Shown here one piece after another: positions 9,987 through 19,086 of a DNA stretch of 26,003 nucleotides (positions are counted from its first letter, which is position 1; the number at the start of each line of letters is the position of its first letter). The position numbers and the translations under genes are program-made. Under the pieces are notes generated by a model. It did no database searches and was not told the DNA's origin. It was given only the letters and a program-made list of their open reading frames with translations. This DNA comes from Octopus sinensis (Eukaryota): assembly GCF_006345805.1 (NCBI RefSeq), contig NW_021834100.1, forward strand, positions 1-26,003. The letters are read 5' to 3'.

Positions 9987-10401
9987 ACAAAATGGGACAA
10001 GAACGCAAAACACACAAAGAGACGACACAAAAAACGGACGGGTCATTCGAAGCCTCTAATCTTCAGTCAAGAACCGGATCATCCTCGCAATTTCGGCTGA
10101 TTAATCTTGAGATCACTCCGATCCGGCCAGCCCCAAGGAAAAACTAAGCTACGAGCATTAGATTTCTTGGAAAAAGGATCGAATGTATATGAAACAAGGA
10201 CAGTGGCATCGTCTGTTTTTCTGTCCTTATTTCGTATGCATTCGATCCTTTTTCCAAGAAATCTAATGCTCGTAGCTTAGTTTTCCCTTGGGGCTGGCCG
10301 GATCGGAGTGATCTCAGGATTAATTAGCCGAAATTGCGAGAATGACCCGTCCGTTTTTTGTGTTGTCTCTTTGTGTGTTTTGCGTTCTTGTCCCATTTTG
10401 T
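9987..10401. repeat. Large palindrome: arms 9987-10203 and 10221-10401, 17-nt spacer
   Basis: Near-perfect reverse-complement match; the right arm lacks the 36 nt corresponding to 10049-10084. Confidence 0.92.
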
Positions 10402-10644
10402 GCTGGTAGCACGTAAAAGCACCATCCGTTCGTGGCCGTTTGCCAGATCTGTCTGGCACCTGTGCAGGTGGCATGTAAAAAGCACCCACTACACTCACGG
10501 AGTGGTTGGCGTTAGGAAGGGCATCGAGCCGTAGAAACACTGCCAAATCTGACTGGGCCTGATGAAGCCTTCCGGCTTCACAGACCCCAGTTAAACTGTC
10601 CAACCCATGCTGGCATGGAAAACGGACGCTAAATGATGATGATG

Positions 10645-10647
<3 letters not shown>
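10402..10647 (+). mobile_element. RTE 3' UTR fragment with (GAT)n tail
   Basis: Homologous to 9230-9477. Confidence 0.9.
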
Positions 10648-10691
<44 letters not shown>

Positions 10692-10716
10692 GTATGTATG
10701 TATGTATGTATGTATG

Positions 10717-10914
10717 TTTGTGTGTCTTTCCAACATAGCTTGACAACCAATGCTGGTGTGTTTACGTCCCCGTAACTTAGTGGTTCGGCAAAAAGAGAGC
10801 CATAGAATAAGTACTAGGCTTACAAAGAATAAGTCCTGGGGGTCGATGTGCTCGACTAAAAGGCGGTGCTCCAGCATGGCCACAGTCAAATGAGTGAAAC
10901 AAGTAAAAGAGAGA
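10717..10914 (+). mobile_element. SINE-like dispersed repeat with an AAAAGAG tail (unclassified)
   Basis: Reverse-complement match to 16724-16940 (GCTTGACAACC.ATGCTGGTGTGTTTA...GGCGGTGCTCCAGCATGGCC). Confidence 0.8.
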
Positions 10915-11180
10915 TATTTTATTAGCAACTTGAATTACAGTCGGGTCAAAGTTGTGGAAAAAGTTCTTGAAAAAACGCAGACCTGATTATGTTTCAAATT
11001 CTCTGAACTTCAAGAACTATGCTGACCAATTTTTACTTCTAAAAGACAATGGGTTGATGTTTACGTTAACTCCCGGTCGCCGAAGCAAACCACAAAAAAA
11101 TAAGTGTAATCGGTGGAAAGCAAAAAAAGTGGGGGCGCTAATGCAGATTTGCAACCCCTCTTCAAAAGTGCACTTTAAAT

Positions 11181-12407
11181 GCATTAGGAAGGGCCTCCAG
11201 CCATAGAAACCATGCCAAAGCAGACCTCACTGGTGCTGGTACCGCATAAAAAGCACTCAGTACACTCTGTGGAGTGGTTGGCATTAGGAAGGCCTCCAGC
11301 CATAGAAACCATGCCAAAGCAGACCTCACTGGTGCTGGTACCGCATAAAAAGCACTCAGTACACTCTGTGGAGTGGTTGGCATTAGGAAGGCCTCCAGCC
11401 ATAGAGACCATGCCAAAGCAGACCTCACTGGTGTTGGTACCGCATAAAAAGCACTCAGTACACTCTGTGGAGTGGTTGGCATTAGGAAGGCCTCCAGCCA
11501 TAGAGACCATGCCAAAGCAGACCTCACTGGTGTTGGTACCGCATAAAAAGCACTCAGTACACTCTGTGGAGTGGTTGGCATTAGGAAGGCCTCCAGCCAT
11601 AGAGACCATGCCAAAGCAGACCTCACTGGTGCTGTTACCGCATAAAAAGCACTCAGTACACTCTGTGGAGTGGTTGGCATTAGGAAAGGCCTCCAGCCAT
11701 AGAAACCATACCAAAGCAGACCTCACAGGTGCTGGTGTCACATAAAAAGCACTCTGTACAGAATGTAAAGTGGTTGGCATTAGGAAGGCCATGTAGCCAT
11801 AGAAACCATACCAAAGCAGACCTCACTTGTGCTGGGGTCACATAAAAAGCACTCTGTACAGAATGTAAAGTGGTTGGCATTAGGAAGGGCATGTAGCCAT
11901 AGAAACCATACCAAAGCAGACCTCACTGGTGCTGGTTCCACATAAAAAGCACCCAGTACACTCTGTAAAGTGGTTGGCATTAGGAAAGGCATCCAGCCAT
12001 AGAAACCATACCAAAGCAGACCTCACTGGTGTTCGTACCACATAAAAAGCACTCAGTACACTCTGTGGAGTGGTTGGCATTAGGAAGGGCATCCAGCCAT
12101 AGAAACCATGCCAAAGCAGACCTCACTGGTGCTGGTGCTACATAAAAAGCACTCTGTACAGAATGTAACATGGTTGGTATTAGGAAGGGCATCCAGCCAT
12201 AGAAACCATACCAAAGCAGACCTCACTGGTGCTGGTGCTACATAAAAAGCACTCTGTACAGAATGTAACATGGTTGGTATTAGGAAGGGCATCCAGCCAT
12301 AGAAACCATACCAAAGCAGACCTCACTGGTGCTGGTTCCACATAAAATGCACTCAGTACACTCTGTAAAGTGTTTGGCATTAGGAAGGGCATCCAGCCAT
12401 AGAAACC
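11181..12407 (+). repeat. Tandem array of 99/100-bp units (12 full plus about 30 nt), same family as 354-1017 but opposite orientation
   Basis: Unit starts at 11181, 11281, 11380, 11479, 11578, 11677, 11777, 11877, 11977, 12077, 12177, 12277 and 12377. A degenerate RTE tail with (GAT)n follows at about 12460-12515. Confidence 0.95.
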
Positions 12408-12799
12408 TTATCATAGCAGATAAGAGAAACCAACACGGTCCTCAGTCTAGCTGTATCCTGTGGAACCGTCCAACCCATACCAGCAGAGATCAAATACATT
12501 ATGATGATGATGATGGTGATTGTTCAGACCAGCTGTTCCCTTTTGTTTTAATCTTTCTAAGTCCACATCAGACTGGCTGCTTATATTCTCTCTGTGGGAT
12601 ATCTTCAGGAGAATAATGATATTGCTCTTTATCTAGCTGTTTCAAGGTTTCCTCTTCGTTATTATTCTTAATGCTCCTATCAGATTGGCTTCTCTTCTGG
12701 TAGGCTTCGATTGATCTTGCATTTTCCCTCCCCGCTGGGGTATTCCATGAGGAATGCCAATAAACTGGCTAATCATATGCAAAATGTGTATTTCTTTAA

Positions 12800-13478
12800 C
12801 CCCTTACCCGGCAGAAACGAATATATGCGTTTTGACCGAAATCGTTTTTTTTCTATCTCTGGCAAGTTGACTCGTCAAAAGATAGACTCGCCAAAATCGA
12901 CAGCAAACGAGTTCCTTCGTCTAAAAACGGGTTAACTTGTTTCTGCCCATTTCATTTCATTTCATTTGAGTTTGAGTCCATGCTCAGGCCAAGTCGAAGA
13001 CTCCACCCTCAGAGTCTGGTGTGGTTGCCAGGTTGTATTCTTTGTTTAATTTTGACATGAGTAGGAGCGAGTTTGAGTCAGTTTGTGTTCGTTGTATATA
13101 TCCTGGGAGATGGGGTTCATCTCTAATGGTGCTTAAGTATCTATCCAGCTGCAATTTGAATGATTCCACACTGCATCCTGATAGATTTCTGACATGTACG
13201 GAATGGAGTTGAATAGTGGTGCTCCTCGAACCAACAGACTTGACTCTCGCAGGGTTTTTGCTGCCTGGCCAGCCTTTTTGTTGATTGGTGGGAGCTGGCA
13301 GCGTCTTCCGTGGCGCAGTGAGTGGTAATTTAAAATCAATATTATTGAATGAAAATTCATAATAAATAAGGGTTGAAATATACCTCGAAATCACCATTCA
13401 AAACATAGTAAAATAAAACAATTAAAAAATATGCCTGAAAAAATACATTTATTTTCAAAATAATTGTTGGGTAAGGGG
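12800..13478. mobile_element. TTAA-flanked piggyBac-type non-autonomous element enclosing a LINE fragment
   Basis: TTAA-CCCCTTACCC (12796-12809) and GGGTAAGGGG-TTAA (13469-13482) form a perfect 10-bp TIR plus TSD. Confidence 0.7.
12949..13330 (-). mobile_element. 5'-truncated CR1/L2-group LINE 3' end, frameshifted
   Basis: Joining two frames gives RHGRRCQLPPINKKAGQAAKTLRESSLLVRGAPLFNSIP/HVRNLSGCSVESFKLQLDRYLSTIRDEPHLPGY, a typical post-RT C-terminus. The tail is (AAATG)n at 12949-12967. Confidence 0.8.
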
Positions 13479-13592
13479 TTAATTATATATTTGCTATCTT
13501 GTTACCACATTATACACTCCAACACACAGTTGGTGCGGGTGTTTGGTAAGAAGGCTTCCTCTCAACCACTACATGTTCTGGTTTCCCTTCTA

Positions 13593-14036
13593 TTGGGTTG
13601 TCCGGAAAGATCGTGCCGATTTTTAAAGGAAAGAAAAAGGTCAATAAACACTTGCCATTACATTTTTAATCAACCGGATATGAACCATTTTGTTGCACAA
13701 TGCGTCTCCATCTTTCCTTTAACTTGAAAATACCCACTTCCCAGAATTGAGGTGGTTTCATGGCAAAGATTTCATCATAGTATCTTTTTACCTCATCAAA
13801 GGAATTGAAATTTTTACCATTAAGACTATTCTGCAGAGACCCAAAGGAGCAATATCTGGTGAATATGGAGGGTGGGGTAACACATCCCAGCCGAGCTGCA
13901 GCAATTATTGTCTGGTTCCCAAAGCATCAAGTGCCGAAAATGAACTTTCTTATCATTTGAAAGAATATTTTTTGTTCTATAGGACTGTATTAAAATTTTT
14001 TTTTAATTGAACTACCTTCACTGAATGGTCAAGGTT
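13593..14036 (-). pseudogene. Mariner transposon, 3' part (TIR and transposase C-terminus), internally deleted
   Basis: TA then TTGGGTTGTCCGGAAAGATCGTGCCGATTTTT is mariner TIR-like. The minus strand gives LLQLGWDVLPHPPYSPDIAP and SLQNSLNGKNFNSFDEVKRYYDEIFAMKPPQFWEVGIFKLKERWRRIVQQNGSY. Confidence 0.88.
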
Positions 14037-14969
14037 CATCATCATCATATAGCGTCCGCTTTCCATGCTAGCATGGGTTAGACAGTTCAACTGGGGTCTG
14101 GGAAGCCAGAAGGCTGCGCCAGGCCCAGTCTGATCTGGCACTGTTTCTACAGCTGGATGCCCTTCCTAACACCAACCACTCCGTGAGTGTAGTGGGTGCT
14201 TTTTACGTACCACATACACAGGTGCCAGACAAGGCTGGCAAACGACCACGATTGGATGGTGCTTTTTACGTGCCACCGGCACGGGGCCAGACGAGGCTGG
14301 CAACGGCCACAATCGGATGGTGCATTTTACGTGCCACCGGCACGGAGGCCAGTCGGGGCGGCACTGGCAACAGCCACATTTGGTTCTCTTACTTGCCATC
14401 TCTTGGTTCTCTTACTTGCCATCGGCACTGGTATCACAGCTACAATTTCCATTGATGTTGATCGATTTCGATTTTGATTTTCATTTTCACTTGCCTCAAC
14501 AGGTCTTCACAAGTAGGGTTTGTGTCACAAGAAGGAAAGGTATGCATAAGTGGGCTGGCTACGTCCCAGGTAGAGGCCACGAGTTATGGTCTCACTTGTC
14601 CTGCCGGGTCTTCCCACGCAGAGCATACTTCCAAAGGTCTCGGTCTCTGGTCATTTCCTGGGTGAGACCTAATGTTCGAAGGTCGTGCTTCACCACCTCG
14701 TCCCAGGTTTTCCTGGGTCTACCTCTTCCACAGGTTCGCTCAACCGCTAGGGTGTGGCACTTTTTCACACACTATCTTCATCCATTCTCGCCACATGACC
14801 ATACCAGCACAAACTTCTCTCTTGCACACCACAACTGATGCTACTTAGGTCCAGCTTTTCTCTCAAGGTACTTACACTCTGTCAAGTATGAACACTGACA
14901 TTACACATCTATCGGAGCATACTGACTTCATTTCTTGCGAGCTTACGCATGTCCTCAGCAGTCACAGCA
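14037..14969 (-). mobile_element. 5'-truncated RTE LINE inserted into the mariner
   Basis: The minus strand gives AVTAEDMRKLARNEVSMLR...WYGHVARMDED...CGRGRPRKTWDEVVKHDLRTLGLTQEMTRDRDLWKYAL, then the 3' UTR and a (GAT)n tail at 14037. Flanked by a diverged direct repeat of about 54 bp. Confidence 0.92.
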
Positions 14970-15026
14970 GTGACTGTGTATTTTACTTTTTTTCAATTGA
15001 ACCACCTTCACTCAATGGTCAAGGTT

Positions 15027-15224
15027 CCTTGGACTCAGTTGGCTGAGCGGTGTGTAATCTGTCCTTGTCAAAATTCCCATTTTCAAAGCACAAAAGCTGG
15101 CGATATTTTGAGCCACTACTCTTCTATACACAGCACAAATCTCACGAGCAGCTTTGATGAGCTTAACACCCTGATTAAATGCAGAAAGCAAATAGTGTTG
15201 AAAATGCTCAATTTTGTCCACTTT
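15027..15224 (-). pseudogene. Mariner transposase N-terminal relic
   Basis: KVDKIEHFQHYLLSAFNQGVKLIKAAREICAVY resembles the mariner N-terminal HTH (EHFRHxLLFxFxxGxxAxxAxxxICAVYG). Confidence 0.8.
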
Positions 15225-15693
15225 CATTGCTGTATTTCTTTTGAGATGCTCTGTGTTTCTTTCCCTTACTTTAAATCATCATCATCATCATTTAGCATCC
15301 GTTTTCCATGCTAGCATGGGTTGGACGGTTCAACTGGGGTCTGGGAAGCCGGAAGGCTTCGTCAGGCCCGGTCAGATCTGGCAGTGTTTCTACGGCTGGA
15401 TGCCCTTCCTAACGCCAACCACTCCGTGAGTGTAGTGGGTGCTTTTTACGTGCCACCCGCACAGGTGCCAGACGGAGCTGGCAAACGGCCACGCTCGGAT
15501 GGTGCGGGGGCCAGGCGTGGCTGGCAACAGACAACAAAGAATTTAGTAAAATAACTTAGTCGCAGTTTATGTTCCTAACACTAGCTGAATGATAACTAAG
15601 GTTTTGGTGGAAGATTTCAATTCAAAACTTATGAAAACGAAACATTTCTACTCAGAGCCAGAGCCAGTTTCACCTGGGTTGGTAACAAAAGGG
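15225..15693 (+). mobile_element. TTAA MITE of the 24213/24466 family, split by an RTE 3' fragment and carrying an internal micro-inversion
   Basis: 15225-15276 and 15531-15693 align to 24466-24688; it ends AAAAGGG-TTAA. Confidence 0.85.
15277..15530 (-). mobile_element. RTE 3' UTR fragment
   Basis: (CAT)n then the reverse complement of the RTE tail module. Confidence 0.9.
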
Positions 15694-15901
15694 TTAATGA
15701 TCAGAAAATACACTAAAATCAATAGCTCAAAACACGATCTTGTACAGCTAAAAATTCATATTCAGATATCACAGAGCATTCTGCCAAAGAATTTTATTTG
15801 TGTGTGCACTTTTAAATTTCATTAAAAAAAAAATAAGAAAAATCACTCCTAAATTATTCCTCAGCCATATATACTAACTAGAACGTATTCTCCTTCATAA
15901 A

Positions 15902-16300
15902 TCTATATATATAAAAGTGAAGTTGTGTGAGTGTCTGTCTCCTACGATTTAGATTCCTAACTACTCCCACATTTTGCGGTGCAGTTTAACCAAAAGCGGG
16001 TATCTTATAGTCGTGATTCATATCGAGCCCTTCTGGGTATTAGCGCGCGTCTACGATGAGTCTACGATAAAAAAAAAAATTTACCATAATTTTTTTCCAT
16101 TTTAATGCATGTTTTCGCTATTATATAAGGGAAGTAACTCTCTAAAAATGTCTACGATGAGTCAACGATTTAAAAAAAAATTTACCATAATTTTTTTCCA
16201 TTTTTAATGCATTTTTTGCTGTTTTTTGGCTATAACTCTCTAAAAATGCTTTATAGTTATTTCCCTTACAAACCCGACCAACGCCGGGCGATACTGCTAG
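15902..16300 (+). mobile_element. Complete non-autonomous Helitron, 399 bp, with an internal duplication of about 100 bp
   Basis: A|TCTATATATATAAAA 5' end; CCCGACCAACGCCGGG hairpin and CTAG|T 3' end; 16050-16150 is repeated at 16151-16247. Confidence 0.85.
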
Positions 16301-16340
16301 TGTATTAATAATAGTGTATTTCTTTTTGTCTTTCTTTTAG

Positions 16341-16349
16341 GTTCATCAG
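16341..16349 (+). CDS. Candidate 9-nt microexon GTTCATCAG (Gly-Ser-Ser in phase 1)
   Basis: TCTTTTTGTCTTTCTTTTAG acceptor and GTAAGG donor, in unique sequence. Confidence 0.5.
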
Positions 16350-16589
16350 GTAAGGAATGTGGAATATAAAATAGCCAGCCTCCTCCGGTTTTTGTGTAAA
16401 GTACAAATATAGATATATTTTATTTTTGTTGTTGTGTTCTTTGTTGTTTTCAGACTTTGTTGTTTTCTGTGTGCGCTTGTGGTCGGTTGCGAGAGAAAGT
16501 TGTGGGCTGCATATATTTATAGAAAGTTATATCAATAATGTATATATATATACTTCTATTTCCATGTGTACCTACATGAAGTTGTGAGT

Positions 16590-16628
<39 letters not shown>

Positions 16629-16723
16629 CACACACACACACAAATGTATATATATTTGATGTATGCAAATATATATGCTCGGTGTATGCATATATATATG
16701 TTATATATATATATATAGATATA

Positions 16724-16940
16724 TACTCTTTTACTCTTTCTCTTTTAGTTGTTTCAGTCATTTGACTGCGGCCATGCTGGAGCACCGCCTTTAATCGAGC
16801 AACTCGACCCCATGACTTATTCTTTGTAAGCCCAGTACTTCTTCTATTCTCATCGGTCTCTTTTTGCCGAACCGCTAAGTGACGGGGACTAAACACACCA
16901 GCATCGGTTGTCAAGCAATGCTAGGGGGACAAACACAGAC
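16724..16940 (-). mobile_element. SINE-like dispersed repeat, inverted copy of 10717-10914
   Basis: Reverse-complement homology; (TACTCTTT)n tail at the left end. Confidence 0.8.
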
Positions 16941-17004
16941 CACAAACCACACATGCATATATATATTATATATATATTATATATATATATATATATATAC
17001 ATAT

Positions 17005-17163
17005 AAACGACAGGCTTCTTTCAGTTTCCGTCTACCAAATCCACTCACAAGCATTGGTCGGCCCGGGGCATAGCAGAAGACACTCGCCCAAGATGCCACG
17101 CAGTGGGACTGAACCCGAACCATGAGGTTGGTAAGCAAGCACTTACCACACAGCCACTCCTGC
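17005..17163 (-). mobile_element. CORE-like tRNA SINE, inverted copy of 9790-9950
   Basis: GGGACTGAACCC (B-box reverse complement) and CCACACAGCCACTCC (A-box reverse complement). Confidence 0.85.
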
Positions 17164-17164
17164 A

Positions 17165-17313
17165 CCTATATATATATAATATATATATATATATTTGGTG
17201 TTTGTGTATATATATATATATGTGTGTGTGTATATATATAGATTCGGTGTATGTATGTATATATATATTATATATATGTGTGTGTGTGTCTATCTCTATA
17301 TATATGTATGTAT

Positions 17314-17351
<38 letters not shown>

Positions 17352-17637
17352 GTATATTTGGTATGTATGTTTATATGTGTAGTGAAAAAGCAACAACATG
17401 AGGACGTGGTACAAGGAAAGGAAATACAGAAAAGTCCAAAGGAAGGAAAGATGGGGGAAGAAAATTGCCAAGGATACATTATATATATATTTGGTGTGTG
17501 TGTATATATATATATAATATTATATTAAAGGGCTTTATATAATGTAATAATTGAATTCCCTTAAATGGTCCCTTTGCATACTGAATACTTGGTGAAATGA
17601 TTATTAATTAATTATTAATTTTAACCCTCAATTGTTG

Positions 17638-17681
<44 letters not shown>

Positions 17682-17690
17682 GTATAGGTT

Positions 17691-17723
<33 letters not shown>

Positions 17724-17879
17724 TCTGTATATAGATACATATTTATTCTGTGTGTGCATATATATTCGGTATAATATATATATATATATGTATCGATATA
17801 TAAGGATTGGGTCAGACAGACACACATTCTCAGTTCATATATATAGATTAGTATGTGTATGTATATAGATGTGTATTTA

Positions 17880-17940
<61 letters not shown>

Positions 17941-18143
17941 TTATGTGCTCTGAAGGTCCTGGTTTCTTCACGATATGATTACCAGTTACGCACTGGGGTC
18001 GATGAAATCGACTTAATTCGTTTGTCTGTCCTTGTTTGTCCTCTCTGTGTTTAGCCCCTTGTGGGTAGTAAAGAAATAGGTATATATATTATTGATATAA
18101 TTAATATATGCATTGCCTGTGTGTGTATGTGTTTGTATTCATG

Positions 18144-18188
<45 letters not shown>

Positions 18189-18330
18189 TGTATATATAGA
18201 GAGATTGAGGAAGAGGTGTGTGTTATAAGAATGATTTTTGCATGTGTATGTGTGTGTGTATATATATATGTTTGTGGGTATGTGCACTTATTTTGTGTAT
18301 AAAAATATATACGATATATATTTATACATG
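17165..18330. repeat. Clusters of (TA)n/(TG)n/(CA)n microsatellites interleaved with short repeat fragments
   Basis: Direct inspection; includes a SINE 3' fragment at 17981-18078. Confidence 0.9.
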
Positions 18331-18591
18331 TCTATGACATGATATACACCCTTTTACATATATGCGAGTTTGTGACGAGAATTCTTGAAAATCGAAGTCC
18401 ATCGACTCCTAGGTGACCAGAAATGGCTAAGCATTCCAGCCATGCCATTCGTGTTTACTTCTGTAAATGCATGTATGTACATCGTGTTTATCTGTGTTTA
18501 CATTCACGTATATTATATACACACATAGATACATGTGTGTTTGTGTAGAGTTATGGTGTGTGTAAACATACCCACTGTGTTTTCCACGTAG

Positions 18592-18600
18592 GTCGTTCGG
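18592..18600 (+). CDS. Candidate 9-nt microexon GTCGTTCGG (Gly-Arg-Ser in phase 1)
   Basis: TGTGTTTTCCACGTAG acceptor and a weaker GTATTT donor, followed by a U-rich tract of about 65 nt. Confidence 0.3.
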
Positions 18601-18912
18601 GTATTTCTTTGTTTTGTTTTTGCTTTTTCCTTTTTTTTCTTTACCTTTTTTAATATTTTTTTTGTTACCCTTCCGATGTATTTCACCTTGTTCTACATTC
18701 CCGAGCCCCTTCCCCGAGTGAACCCCCCGTCCCTCCAACTTTTCCCCAGACACAGGATTTCAAAACAGTCATCTTTGTTTTAACAGCTAACGACCTCTTT
18801 GTGTTATTTGCTTTGCTTTCACAAACGGCTACTTTGATCTTTTTTTATGCATTCTACACCCAACAGACCATGAATGATCATACATGTACTCTTTCAGGTT
18901 TTCTATGATTTT

Positions 18913-18913
<1 letters not shown>

Positions 18914-18947
<34 letters not shown>

Positions 18948-19041
18948 TCATCATCGTCGTCGTCATCATCATCACCAACATTATTAAATATGTATAATTA
19001 CTTGTGTTTTTTTCCCCTCTCCCATGTTAATTTTTCAGTTG

Positions 19042-19086
<45 letters not shown>
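18914..19086. repeat. Trinucleotide tracts (CAC)n(CAT)n(CGT)n at 18914-18975 and (TAT)n at 19045-19086
   Basis: Direct inspection. Confidence 0.95.

Noticed and set aside
10021-10100. Hammerhead on the minus strand around CUGAAGA (10066-10060)
   Set aside because: Stem II does not close, the downstream motif is GAAU rather than GAAA, and no stem I partner was found.
11162-12392. Repeat-protein ORFs (177-202 aa) and CRISPR-like periodicity
   Set aside because: The ORFs are open on both strands only because four units are 99 bp; they break where units become 100 bp. There are no spacers.
12530-12730. Purine-rich minus-strand reading (QKRSQSDRSIKNNNEEETLKQLDKEQYHYSPEDIPQREYKQPV*) as an exon
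   Set aside because: There is no pyrimidine-tract acceptor or start context and no recognisable domain.
16441-16520. Additional acceptors at 16453 (TTTTCAG) and 18897 (CTTTCAG|GTTTTC) as exons
   Set aside because: No convincing donor lies at a plausible distance, and such AG sites are expected by chance in T-rich introns.
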